DNA of 64,000 nucleotides. Source: Planctomycetota bacterium (GTDB taxonomy: Bacteria; Planctomycetota; UBA1135; UBA2386). Shown here piece after piece: positions 18,311 through 27,887 of the stretch; position 1 is the first letter of the stretch; every line of letters starts with the position of its first letter. The DNA lies in contig OZ245838.1 of the NCBI GenBank assembly GCA_965228735.1, positions 768,001 through 832,000 on the forward strand, given 5' to 3'. The notes beneath the pieces were generated by a model, which ran no database searches, was not told the origin of the DNA, and worked only from the letters and a program-made list of their open reading frames with translations. The translations under genes were made by a program, and so were the position numbers.

Positions 18311-18384
18311 GCGGGCGCGAAAGTCGCGCTCCGCACCGGCGTTGCCTTTTCGTCTCCGCGTTTCCTCCGTAGACTCGTAGCTTC

Positions 18385-18609
18385 ATGATCGGTTTCGGAC
18401 TCCCCAATGGTTGGGAGTGGATCATCATTCTCGTGGTGATCCTGCTCCTGTTCGGCCACCGGCTTCCCGGCATGGCGAGGTCGCTCGGGTCCGGTATCAC
18501 CGAGTTCAAGCGTGGGTTGAAGGACGGCGGCAAGGAGGCTGCGTCCGGTCAGGCCGGCGGCGACGACAAGTCGAACGCGGCCGACGACGCAACGCCCCCC
18601 AAGTCCTGA
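18385..18609 (+). CDS. tatA: Twin-arginine translocase TatA/E subunit
   Basis: GWEWIIILVVILLLFG-RLP...SLGSGITEFKRG. Confidence 0.93.
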   Translation: MIGFGLPNGWEWIIILVVILLLFGHRLPGMARSLGSGITEFKRGLKDGGKEAASGQAGGDDKSNAADDATPPKS

Positions 18610-18735
18610 AACCCCGAGCGACCTGTCGCGTCCCGACGGGCGTGGCCTATCGAGGCGCTCGACGGCTGCCGGCCGCTTCGCGGTCGCATCGGTCGAGAGC
18701 CGCCAACGTCCGCTGCCAGCACCGCCCTCACCACC

Positions 18736-19749
18736 GTGACCGACACCCTGCCACTGCACGATCTGACCGCCCTGGTGCGGCCTCAGCTCGACCGTCTCAA
18801 TCGCGAACTCGTCACGGACCTCGCGCCCGGCCATCGCGAGATGCTGCCGCTGATCGAGCACGTCGGTGGCTACCGCGGCAAGCAGTTACGCCCGGTGCTC
18901 ACGTTCCTGTCCGGGATGGCGATCCGCGGCGCGCAGCACGGCGGCGGTCTCGGCGACGATGTCGTTACGGTTGCCAAGGTCGTCGAGCTGCTGCACACGG
19001 CGACGTTGCTGCACGACGACGTGCTCGACAGCGCGACCGTGCGGCGCCGCATTCCGACGATCAACCAGATGAGCGGCACGGAGATCGCCGTTCTGCTCGG
19101 GGACTACATCTACGCCCGCGCGTTCCACATGGCCGTGCAGCTGCCCGATCCGACAGCGGCGCGCTGGCTCGCCGAGACGGTGCGGGTGATCTGTCAGGGC
19201 GAGATCACGCAGGTCCTGCACCGCTTCGATCGCTCGTGGACCGAGGCGCAGTACTTCGAAGTCATCGCCGAGAAGACCGCGAGCCTCTACGCCGCGGCCT
19301 GCCGGCTCGGCGGCTACTACGCCGTGGCGGCGAACGATGGCGACGCGACCGAGGCCCGGCTGCGCGCGCTCGAGGAGTACGGGCTCGAGCTCGGCATCGC
19401 GTTCCAGATCGTCGACGACTGCCTCGACCTCGACGGCGACGAGAAGGTCGTCGGCAAGTCGCTCGGCACCGATCTCAGCAAGGGCAAGATCACGCTGCCG
19501 CTGCTCTACCTGATGCAGCGCGGGCCCGACGAGGCCAGGCGTCTCGAGGCCGTGCTCGGCAAGTCCGAGGCCGAAGCGCTGCGGCTGCTGCGGAGCGAGT
19601 TCGCGCTCGAACACGGCGTCGCCTACGCGCTCGAGGAAGCCCAGCGCCGCATCGCGAAGGCGCAGGCCTCGCTGTCCGTGCTGCCGGCCGGTCCGGCGCG
19701 GGACGCGCTGCACCGGCTCGCGGGCTTGATGGTGGCCCGCCGGGTCTGA
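18736..19749 (+). CDS. Trans-polyprenyl diphosphate synthase (IspB/HepT-like)
   Basis: GKQLRP, LLHDDVLD...RR, EKTA, FQIVDDCLD. Confidence 0.93.
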   Translation: MTDTLPLHDLTALVRPQLDRLNRELVTDLAPGHREMLPLIEHVGGYRGKQLRPVLTFLSGMAIRGAQHGGGLGDDVVTVAKVVELLHTATLLHDDVLDSATVRRRIPTINQMSGTEIAVLLGDYIYARAFHMAVQLPDPTAARWLAETVRVICQGEITQVLHRFDRSWTEAQYFEVIAEKTASLYAAACRLGGYYAVAANDGDATEARLRALEEYGLELGIAFQIVDDCLDLDGDEKVVGKSLGTDLSKGKITLPLLYLMQRGPDEARRLEAVLGKSEAEALRLLRSEFALEHGVAYALEEAQRRIAKAQASLSVLPAGPARDALHRLAGLMVARRV

Positions 19750-19897
19750 GCCGGTCGCGCCCATTCTGTCGCACTCGGGCGGTCCCATTCGGTTGGTCGG
19801 GGAGGCCGCCGGGCTGCAATTCGGCGGTCGCCGTGGAGTTTTCCACTCTTGCGGTCCGATGATGCCCTTGGCACCGGGCCTATACTGCACTCCCGAC

Positions 19898-21079
19898 ATG
19901 CGTTCGCCGCGATCCCACCATTCGTGCTCCCCGCGCTCGCTCGCGGGCGGGCGGTTGACCGGGCTGGTTCCCCTGCTGGCCTTCACACTCCCGGCCTTCA
20001 CATCGTTGGGGATCCTGGGCGGTTGCGGCGCGCCGGCGCCGGAGTTCGGGCCCGAACGGCGTATTCCGGCCGACGAACGCGCCATCATCTGGGAGGCGTC
20101 GACCACCCAGCGGCTGCTCATCGAGGAGGAGCCGAAGCGCTGGACCGGGGATCTGCCGGCCGGCTGGGAGGAGCGCCCCGCGGATCCGCAGCGCTTCAAG
20201 GACGCGGTCTGGGCGGTTTCCGGCGACGACGGCCAGACGGCACAGTGCTGGCTCACGGCCGGCGTCGGCGGCGGGTTGGCCGGCAACATGCAGCGCTGGT
20301 ATCGCCAGTTCGAGCAGCCCGTCGGCAACGCCGACGACCTGCCCGAGATCCCGTTCGCGGGTGAGCGCGGCCAGCTGCTCGAGCTCACCGGGACCTACAG
20401 CGGCACGCCGGGGCACGCGATGCTGCTCGCGTTCCGCGCCAAGGGCCAGCAGGTGCGGACGCTGAAGTTCGTCGGCCCGGAGGCGCTCGTGAAGCAGAAC
20501 CGCGAGAAGTTCCTCGCGCTCGCCGGGTCGCTGCGGCAGGAGGCCGGGGCACCGGTGACGAGCAGCACCAGCAGCGGTTCGATGGGCGCGGCGGGCGAGA
20601 ACCCGCACGCCGGCAACCCGCACGCTTCGAACCCGAAGAACGAGCCCGCGGACTCCCCGTTCGAGGCCGACGTCCCCGCGGCGTGGCAGGCGACCAACTC
20701 CGGGCGGATCCTGCATCACACGTTCGGTGCGGACGGCCAGGGCGAGATCTACGTCTCGCAGCTGTCGGGCGAGCTCAACCCGATGATGCTCGGCATCTGG
20801 CGCGCGGAGCTCGGCGCGCGCGGCGACCTGACCCAGGAGCAGTTCGACGCGCTGCCGCGCTGCGAGCTGCTGGGCGAGGGCGCGATCTGGCTCGACCTGT
20901 CGGGCGACTACAGCAACAACATGACCGGCAAGACCATCACCAACGCGCGCTCGCTCGTCGCGGTGCAGGCCGTCGGCTCGACGATCGTGTTCGCCAAGAT
21001 GCTCGGGCCCGCGACGGACGTGATGGCCGAGGCCGCCGCGTTCCGCGAGTTCTGCAGGTCGATCCGGAGGAAGGAATGA
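19898..21079 (+). CDS. Hypothetical lipoprotein with two related domains, first gene of the cytochrome c biogenesis operon
   Basis: LGGC lipobox; two halves ending LKFVGP..V..F and AKMLGP..V..F; NPHA linker repeats; start uncertain. Confidence 0.7.
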   Translation: MRSPRSHHSCSPRSLAGGRLTGLVPLLAFTLPAFTSLGILGGCGAPAPEFGPERRIPADERAIIWEASTTQRLLIEEEPKRWTGDLPAGWEERPADPQRFKDAVWAVSGDDGQTAQCWLTAGVGGGLAGNMQRWYRQFEQPVGNADDLPEIPFAGERGQLLELTGTYSGTPGHAMLLAFRAKGQQVRTLKFVGPEALVKQNREKFLALAGSLRQEAGAPVTSSTSSGSMGAAGENPHAGNPHASNPKNEPADSPFEADVPAAWQATNSGRILHHTFGADGQGEIYVSQLSGELNPMMLGIWRAELGARGDLTQEQFDALPRCELLGEGAIWLDLSGDYSNNMTGKTITNARSLVAVQAVGSTIVFAKMLGPATDVMAEAAAFREFCRSIRRKE

Positions 21080-22425
21080 CCAGCGCCTCGGTGCAAGCCC
21101 GCTCGCTGCCGACCGAGTCCGCGGCCGGTTCGGAGTCCGCGCCTGCCGCGACGAGTCCCGTCGTGGCGGTGGGGCGCGCGGTCGTCGGCTTCTTCGCGTC
21201 GATGAAACTGTCGGTGACGCTGATCATCCTGCTCGGCGTGCTCACCTGGCTCGGCACGCTCGCGCAGGTGAACTACGGCCTGTTCCAGGTGCAGAAGGAC
21301 TACTTCGAGTCCTGGTTCGTGATCGCCGAACTGCCGGTCGCCGTCTGGGGGCACGATCTGCTGTCGTTCCCGCTCAAGATCCCGTTGCCCGGCGCCTATC
21401 CGGTGATGTTCCTGCTCGGCATCAACCTGCTCGTCGGCGGGATGGTGCGCATGAAGCTGAAGCTGCGCAACATCGGCGTGTTCGTGACGCACATCGGCAT
21501 CGCCGGTCTGCTCGCCGCGGGCTTCGTCAAGATGCACTACTCGGTCTCCGGGCACGTCCGGCTCTATGAGTCGATCCCGGTGAACGAGGGCACGGACAAG
21601 GCGATCCGCACGTCGCAGTTCGTGAGCTTCCACGACTACGAGCTCGCGCTGCTGCGCGACGACGGCTCGACGATCGTCGAACGCACGATCCCGGAAAGAG
21701 CACTCGTCGCCGCGCGCGACGAGACGGTCAAGATCACGGATCCCGACCTGCCGTTCCAGATCGAGCTGCATCACTGGCTCGACAACTGCACGGCGGTGGG
21801 GATGCGTCCCGGCCGCCGCGCGACGACGCCCGTCGTGGACGGCGCGTTCCTGCAGGAGCAGAAGATCCGGCCCGAGCGCGAGGCCAACATCGCGGGGTGC
21901 TACGCGATCGTGACCGCGGCCGAGGGCGCGCGGCACGAGGGCATCCTCATGGGCTACGAGCTGCGGCCCTACACGCGCTACCGGTATCCGTTCGTGTTCG
22001 AGATCGGCGAGGTGCGCTACGCGCTCGACCTGCGCCGCGTCGTGCGCGAGCTCCCGTTCGAGGTGCAGCTCGACGAGTTCCGCAAGACGGACCACCCGGG
22101 CACGCTGACGCCGGCGGACTTCCGCAGCTTCGTCACGGTGCGCGACGGCGACGTCGAGCAGCCGGTGCAGATCTACATGAACACCCCGCTGCGGAAGGAC
22201 GGCTACGTCATGTATCAGACGAGCTGGGGCCCGCAGCTGCCGGGCGGGCGCCCGGGGCAGCCGCCGTATTTCTCGGTGTTCGAGGTGTCCGAGAACCCGA
22301 GTGACAAGTGGCCGGAGTATGCGACGTGGGTGATCTTCTTCGGCATCCTCGGTCACCTCGTGATCAAGCTCATGGGCTTCCTGTCGCAGATCGCGCGACG
22401 GGGCATGCTGGGGAGTCTGCAGTGA
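21076..22425 (+). CDS. resB: ResB/CcsB-like cytochrome c biogenesis protein
   Basis: FASMKLSVTL...GTLAQ, THIG, LPFEVQLDEF, MNTPL...YQTSW; adjacent to ccsA. Confidence 0.85.
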   Translation: MTSASVQARSLPTESAAGSESAPAATSPVVAVGRAVVGFFASMKLSVTLIILLGVLTWLGTLAQVNYGLFQVQKDYFESWFVIAELPVAVWGHDLLSFPLKIPLPGAYPVMFLLGINLLVGGMVRMKLKLRNIGVFVTHIGIAGLLAAGFVKMHYSVSGHVRLYESIPVNEGTDKAIRTSQFVSFHDYELALLRDDGSTIVERTIPERALVAARDETVKITDPDLPFQIELHHWLDNCTAVGMRPGRRATTPVVDGAFLQEQKIRPEREANIAGCYAIVTAAEGARHEGILMGYELRPYTRYRYPFVFEIGEVRYALDLRRVVRELPFEVQLDEFRKTDHPGTLTPADFRSFVTVRDGDVEQPVQIYMNTPLRKDGYVMYQTSWGPQLPGGRPGQPPYFSVFEVSENPSDKWPEYATWVIFFGILGHLVIKLMGFLSQIARRGMLGSLQ

Positions 22426-24452
22426 TGGCGTCCCCGAAGAGGAACTCCGCGATGCATCGTTCACCGCTCACCCGATCGTTCGCTGCGGTCTTCGCAGTCC
22501 TCGCGCTGCTGCTCGCCGGCTGCTCGCGCGCGCCCGCGAAGTTCGAGGGCGAGATGCAGCGTCAGGCGCCGTGGGATCCCGAGCTCGTCGCGACGATGGG
22601 AGCCCTGCCGGTGCAGGACAACGGCCGCATCAAGCCGCTGTCGACGTTCGCGTCGTTCCTGCTCTATGCAGTGCACGGTCGGCGCGACATGAAGTTCATG
22701 ATCGGGGAGGAGCGCTACAAGCTCGACCCGATGGAGTGGATCCTGGACGTCTGGTGCTACCCGGACCAGGCGGCGGACTACCCGCTGTTCCGCATCGAGA
22801 ACGTCGGTGTGCTCGACGCACTGCGGATCGAGAACGAGGGGCAGACGCAGGGCTTCGTCTATCTGACCTACCGCGAGTTGCTGAAGAACAGCGAGGAGCT
22901 CGGTCGGCTCGCACGACAGTACTCGGAGCTCGACCGGGCGACACGCAATGCGGTGCAGGAGCACCTCGTGCAGTCCTGGCGGCAGCTCAATGCGTATCAC
23001 GTCGCGCATCAGCAGCTCGGGGTGTTGCACCACGACTTCCTCGTCGAGGGGCAGCAGCTGCAGCAGGCGTTCGGCGGTGGGCGGGTGCGGCTCGGGTCGA
23101 TCGTCGCGAACGCCAAGCAGTTTCGCGAGCTCGTGCGCAGCGTCGGTGGGCAGAACATCGAGAACGATGAGCGCCTCGGCAACGCCGTGGAGATCATGGA
23201 CACGCTCGGGCGGCTCGTCGATCAAGGCGGTGGTGGCCCGGGTCTGCTGCCGCCGCTCGACGCGGGCGCGGAGCAGTGGCTCGACTTCGGGCCGGCGGTC
23301 GATCGCGCGTTGCGCGGCCAGATCGACGACCGCCACGTGCAGATGTTCACCGCGCTGCAGTCGGCGGTCGCGGCGGCGCCGAGCGATCCGGCGGCTCGGG
23401 ATGCGGGCCTGCGCGGCTTCTTCGCGGCGTCCACGGCGGTTGCGGGGGCGCGCGCGGACAGCGCCGCGCTCGAGACCGAGGCCAAGTATTACCGGAGCCA
23501 ATACCATTACCTGGCGCTCCACTTCTTCATCACGGCGTTCCTCGTGGCCGCGATCTCGTGGTTCGTGCCGCGCGCGAAGTGGGTCTGGTGGCTGTCCTTC
23601 GGGCTGTCGGTGATCGGCCTGTCGCTGCTGACCTACGACATCTACCTGCGCTGCATCATCACGGGGCGGCCGCCGATCAAGAACCTCTACGACACGTTCT
23701 TGTTCATCGCCGCGGTCGTGGTCGCCGTGACCCTCGCGGTCGAGTGCATCGTGCGCTACCGCATCGCGCTCGCGCTGGCGCCGCTCGGCGGCGCGCTGTT
23801 GATCATGCTGGCACGCATGTTCGAGGTGAACGACGGCAAGGACACGATGGATCCGCTCGTGGCCGTGCTCGACAGCAACTACTGGCTCGCGACCCATGTC
23901 ACGATGATCAACGTCGGCTACGGCACGGCGCTCGTCGGCGGCGTGCTGCTGAGCACGGCCTACATCGTGGTCCAGTTCTTGCGCCTGAAGGACCAGACCG
24001 CGACCAAGCTCGTCGCGCGGTTCATCTACGGCGTCACGTGCTTCAGCCTGCTGTTCACGGTCGTCGGCACGATCTACGGCGGCGTCTGGGCCAACGACTC
24101 GTGGGGGCGCTTCTGGGGCTGGGATCCGAAGGAGAACGGCGCCCTGATGATCTGCCTGTCGCAGATCGCGATGCTGCACGCCCGCTTCAGCGGCATGATC
24201 CGCGACTTCGGAGTCGCGATGTGGGCGCTCGTCACGTCGGGCATCGTGGTGTTCAGCTGGATGCACACCAACCTCCTCGGCGTCGGCCTGCACAACTACG
24301 GCTTCTCGTCGGCCCTGCTCGACGGCGTCTGGTACAGCTACTCGACGATCGGCCTCCTCATGGTCGTCGGCACCGTGCACTACGTCATCCGCCAGGGCTG
24401 GCAGACGGGCAGCCAGAAAGACGCCCCGCCGCCGCTGCCCGAGAGCGCGTAG
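22425..24452 (+). CDS. ccsA: System II cytochrome c synthase CcsA with large N-terminal periplasmic domain
   Basis: WWD motif WANDSWGRFWGWDPKEN, YWLATHV, GLHNYG; LPVQDNGRIKP. Confidence 0.92.
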   Translation: MASPKRNSAMHRSPLTRSFAAVFAVLALLLAGCSRAPAKFEGEMQRQAPWDPELVATMGALPVQDNGRIKPLSTFASFLLYAVHGRRDMKFMIGEERYKLDPMEWILDVWCYPDQAADYPLFRIENVGVLDALRIENEGQTQGFVYLTYRELLKNSEELGRLARQYSELDRATRNAVQEHLVQSWRQLNAYHVAHQQLGVLHHDFLVEGQQLQQAFGGGRVRLGSIVANAKQFRELVRSVGGQNIENDERLGNAVEIMDTLGRLVDQGGGGPGLLPPLDAGAEQWLDFGPAVDRALRGQIDDRHVQMFTALQSAVAAAPSDPAARDAGLRGFFAASTAVAGARADSAALETEAKYYRSQYHYLALHFFITAFLVAAISWFVPRAKWVWWLSFGLSVIGLSLLTYDIYLRCIITGRPPIKNLYDTFLFIAAVVVAVTLAVECIVRYRIALALAPLGGALLIMLARMFEVNDGKDTMDPLVAVLDSNYWLATHVTMINVGYGTALVGGVLLSTAYIVVQFLRLKDQTATKLVARFIYGVTCFSLLFTVVGTIYGGVWANDSWGRFWGWDPKENGALMICLSQIAMLHARFSGMIRDFGVAMWALVTSGIVVFSWMHTNLLGVGLHNYGFSSALLDGVWYSYSTIGLLMVVGTVHYVIRQGWQTGSQKDAPPPLPESA

Positions 24453-24469
24453 AACATACGGGGGCACCC

Positions 24470-24531
24470 CCCGTACGGTACCTGGTTCATCCTGCCGGCT
24501 AGCCGGCAGAATGAACCAGGTACCGTACGGG
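24470..24531. repeat. 62-bp near-perfect palindrome, CCGTACGG-ended repeat family (copy 1)
   Basis: 31-bp arms with 1 mismatch and no loop; arms match 40860-40942. Confidence 0.9.
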
Positions 24532-24533
24532 TC

Positions 24534-26048
24534 TCATGGCAGAGCGAAGTCGCTGCCGTCCGGGTGTCGCGGCACCTGCGCGCCGCACATGAGCAGGTGG
24601 TTGCGCAGCAGCTCACGCAGCCGCGCCGTGACATCCGACCGTGCGAACGCGAGGTTCTCGGTCTCGCCGATGTCGTGCTCGACGTCGTACAGCTCGACCC
24701 GACCGCCGTCGTAGAACCACAGCAGCTTGTAGTCCCCCCAGCGCACGCCGGAATACGGCTCGGCACCGGGCGCCATAGCACCCCAGTAGTGCGGATGGTG
24801 CCAGAAGATCGGGTGCTGCGGCTGGTCGCTGCCGAGCAGCGTCGGCGCGAAGCTGCTGCCGTCGGGGCACGCCGGGTCGGCGGCCACGAGCTCGCACAGG
24901 GTGGGAAACACGTCGTCGACGAGCACCTGGTGCGAGCTCGTCGCGCCGGCGGCGACGCGGCCGGGCCAGCGCACGGCGAGCGGCACGCGCACGCCGCCCT
25001 CGTAGGCCGACCCCTTGCCGCTCCGTAGCGGCGTGTTGTGGTGATGCTTCTCGCCGCCGCGCGCGACCGCGCTGAGGCCGCCGTTGTCGCTGAGGAACAT
25101 CACGATGGTGTCGTCCGCGAGGCCGCGTTCGTCGAGCCAGTCCATGACCCGGCCGAGCGAGTGGTCGATGCCCTCGACGAGCGCGGCGTAGCGCGCCTCC
25201 GGCTCCGGCAGGCCCTCGTCACGGTATTTCTGCACGAAGCGATCGTCGGGATCGAGCGGCGTGTGCACCGCGTAATGGGTGAGATACAGGAAGAACGGCT
25301 GCTCGTTCGCGAGACTCGCCTCGCACGCCGCGATCGACTCCGTCGTGAGGATGTCGGTGAGGAAGAGGTCCTGGCCGTGATACTCGTCGAGCCCGCGCAC
25401 CTGCCACACGGTCTGCTTGCCGCCGCGCAGGAACGCGTTCTTCGCGAGGTAGCTCGACGGCGCGCCGTTGGCGTAGCCCGCGATGTTGACGTCGAAGCCG
25501 AGGTTGCGCGGGTCGGCGCCCGGCGTGTCGACGGCGCCGAGGTGGGCCTTGCCCGCGAGGATCGTGCGGTAGCCGGCGTTCCGCAGTCGTCCGGGCAGGG
25601 TCGGCGCGAGCAGCGCGTTGGGCGTGCTCAGCGAGTTCGTCAGCCCGTTCATGTGCCACTTCGGGCGCTGCATGCCAGCGACCTGCCGATCCGTCTGCTG
25701 GTTCTTCCGCAGCGTCCAGTGCGTCACGCGATGACGGGCCGCCGCCATGCCGGTCATCAGGCTGATGCGCGTGGGGGAGCACACGCAGTGGGCGTAGGCC
25801 GCGTCGAACTTGGTGCCCTCGCGGCACAGGCGTTCGACGTTGGGCGTGCGGTAACGGTCGTTCCACGGCGTGCGCTCGCGCCAGAACGGTTCGCTGAGGT
25901 CCTGCCAGCCGAGGTCGTCGACGAGGAAGAGGACGATGTTGGGGTGCTTGGAGGCCGCGCTCCCGCCGAGCGAAGCGCAGCCGGCAACGGCGACCCCGGC
26001 GAGCGCGAGCAGCGCGGTGGCGAGCCCGCGCCGGAACGTGCGCCTCAT
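24534..26048 (-). CDS. Sulfatase (S1, Cys-type), lipoprotein
   Basis: PNIVLFLVDDLG, CSPTR, GKAHLG, AVHTP, SDNGG, YEGGVRVP; VAGC lipobox. Confidence 0.95.
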   Translation of the reverse strand: MRRTFRRGLATALLALAGVAVAGCASLGGSAASKHPNIVLFLVDDLGWQDLSEPFWRERTPWNDRYRTPNVERLCREGTKFDAAYAHCVCSPTRISLMTGMAAARHRVTHWTLRKNQQTDRQVAGMQRPKWHMNGLTNSLSTPNALLAPTLPGRLRNAGYRTILAGKAHLGAVDTPGADPRNLGFDVNIAGYANGAPSSYLAKNAFLRGGKQTVWQVRGLDEYHGQDLFLTDILTTESIAACEASLANEQPFFLYLTHYAVHTPLDPDDRFVQKYRDEGLPEPEARYAALVEGIDHSLGRVMDWLDERGLADDTIVMFLSDNGGLSAVARGGEKHHHNTPLRSGKGSAYEGGVRVPLAVRWPGRVAAGATSSHQVLVDDVFPTLCELVAADPACPDGSSFAPTLLGSDQPQHPIFWHHPHYWGAMAPGAEPYSGVRWGDYKLLWFYDGGRVELYDVEHDIGETENLAFARSDVTARLRELLRNHLLMCGAQVPRHPDGSDFALP

Positions 26049-26887
26049 ACGTCGGCCCCGACCGCGCGCAGCGTGTTGCGCAGGAGCATCGCGACGGTGA
26101 CCGGCCCGACGCCTCCGGGAACGGGCGTGATGTAGCCCGCGACCGCGGCCGCGCTGGCGTAGTGGACGTCGCCGACGATCTTGCCGTCGTCGCCCTGATT
26201 GATGCCGACGTCGATGACGATCGAGCCCTCCTTCAGCATGTCCCCGTGCACGAGCCCGGCCTTGCCGACCGCGACGACGACGATGTCGGCGCGCCGCGTG
26301 TGGTTCGCGAGATTGCGCGTGCCGACGTGGCAGACGGTCACGGTCGACAGATGATGCAGCAGCAGCACGGCGATCGGCTTGCCGACGATCTCGCTGTGGC
26401 CGACGACGACGGTCTCGGCGCCGCGCAGGTCGACGCCGGTGCTGAGGATCAGCTGCTGCGCGGCCGCGGCCGTGCACGGCGGGAACGTCGGTTCGCGGTA
26501 GAGGATCGAGCCGAGGTTCTCCGGGTGCATGCCCTCGACGTCCTTGCCGGGCGCGATCGCCGACTGCACGACGCGCGGGTCGATGCCGGGCGGCAACGGG
26601 CGCTGCACGATCACGCCGGCGACCTCGGCGTCGGCGTTGCGCTCCGCGATCGCCGCGAGCAGCTCCGATTCATCGGCCGAGACCGGCAGCTGGACGTGCT
26701 CCATCGCGATTCCGACGTCCTCGGCCGCCCGCTGCTGATTGCGCACGTAGACCGCCGCCGCGGGGTTCTGCCCGACCTCGATCGAGACCAGGCGAACGGG
26801 CTGGGAGCCGAGGGCCTCGCGGGCCTGTCGGAGGCGTTCGCGGATGGACTTGCCGAGGGCTCGGCCGTCGAGAACTTGTGCGGTCAC
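26045..26887 (-). CDS. folD: FolD-family methylenetetrahydrofolate dehydrogenase (variant active site)
   Basis: LDGR, KDVEG, PCT, IVGKP, IDVGIN, ITPVPGGVGPVT; GTG start. Confidence 0.93.
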   Translation of the reverse strand: MTAQVLDGRALGKSIRERLRQAREALGSQPVRLVSIEVGQNPAAAVYVRNQQRAAEDVGIAMEHVQLPVSADESELLAAIAERNADAEVAGVIVQRPLPPGIDPRVVQSAIAPGKDVEGMHPENLGSILYREPTFPPCTAAAAQQLILSTGVDLRGAETVVVGHSEIVGKPIAVLLLHHLSTVTVCHVGTRNLANHTRRADIVVVAVGKAGLVHGDMLKEGSIVIDVGINQGDDGKIVGDVHYASAAAVAGYITPVPGGVGPVTVAMLLRNTLRAVGADV

Positions 26888-26974
26888 GGGCTTCCTTTCG
26901 CGGCGCGGATGGCTTTTCTTGAGAGGCGGAATGGCCGAAAGATAGCCAGCGGGCGTCCGCGGCCCAACGACGAC

Positions 26975-27817
26975 ATGAGCTACCAAGAAGAGCGCCTCGC
27001 GTTCCCGCCGCTCACGCCGGCGATCAAGCATCTGTTGATCGCCAACGCCGTGGTGTTCGTGCTCAACGCGGTCGTCGCCGGGCGGTTGATCGATTGGCTC
27101 GGTTTCTCCGGCGCCGGGCTGGCCGACGGCTTCGGCCTCGGCGTGCTGCGCATCGTGAGCTATCAGTTCACGCACGCGTTCTACGACGCGTGGCACTTCC
27201 TGTTCAACATGCTGTTCCTCTACGTCTTCGGCACGATGGCCGAAGCGAGGCTCGGCTACCGCGGGACGATGAAGGTCTACTTCATCGCGGGCTTCGCCGG
27301 CGCGATCCTGCACCTCGTGCTGGCGGCGATCCTGGATGGCTGGCAGACCACGCTCGTCGGCGCGAGCGGCGCGTGCTACGGGCTCATGGTCTACGCGGCG
27401 ACGCATCGCCCGAAACAGCAGATCATCTTCCTCATCGTGACGATCCCGATCTGGATCCTGGCGGCGGTGCTCGTGTTCCTGGGGTTCTACTCGACCTACG
27501 TGGAGCTCGTGTCGGACATGCGCGACAGCACCTCCCACGCCGCGCACCTCGGCGGCGCGATCGCGGGCTTCGTGATCTGCAAGCAGGGCTGGTTCATCGA
27601 CTACGGCGGCTATTCCGAGGGGCCGGGGTTCGTGGCCCGGCTCAAGGCGCGGATGCGCGAGCGGCAGGAGAGCGCCCGGGCCCAGAAGAGCCAGGCCGAG
27701 GAGGAACTCCTCGACCAGATCCTCGAGAAGGTCAAGGAGCACGGCATCGGCTCCCTCACGCCGCAGGAACGCAAGTTCCTCGAGAAGAAGAGCGAGCAGA
27801 CCCGCCGGGGCGGGTAG
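26975..27817 (+). CDS. Rhomboid intramembrane serine protease with C-terminal helical extension
   Basis: HFLFNM, GASG catalytic Ser, AHLGG catalytic His; tail LDQILEKVKEHGIGSLT. Confidence 0.92.
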   Translation: MSYQEERLAFPPLTPAIKHLLIANAVVFVLNAVVAGRLIDWLGFSGAGLADGFGLGVLRIVSYQFTHAFYDAWHFLFNMLFLYVFGTMAEARLGYRGTMKVYFIAGFAGAILHLVLAAILDGWQTTLVGASGACYGLMVYAATHRPKQQIIFLIVTIPIWILAAVLVFLGFYSTYVELVSDMRDSTSHAAHLGGAIAGFVICKQGWFIDYGGYSEGPGFVARLKARMRERQESARAQKSQAEEELLDQILEKVKEHGIGSLTPQERKFLEKKSEQTRRGG

Positions 27818-27887
27818 CCGGCCGCAGCGAGCGCTGCCGGGGCGGCCGCGGCGTGCACGGGGCGACCCTGGCCGCTAGCATGGGCAT

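Noticed and set aside
24511..24714. Small ORFs beginning MNQVPYG (also at 40879 on the - strand)
   Set aside because: They are translations of the palindromic repeat arm, not genes
24534..27742. Apparent long overlap or fusion of the sulfatase, folD and rhomboid ORFs
   Set aside because: The ORF track extends to the farthest start; real starts (26048, 26887, 26975) give separate genes
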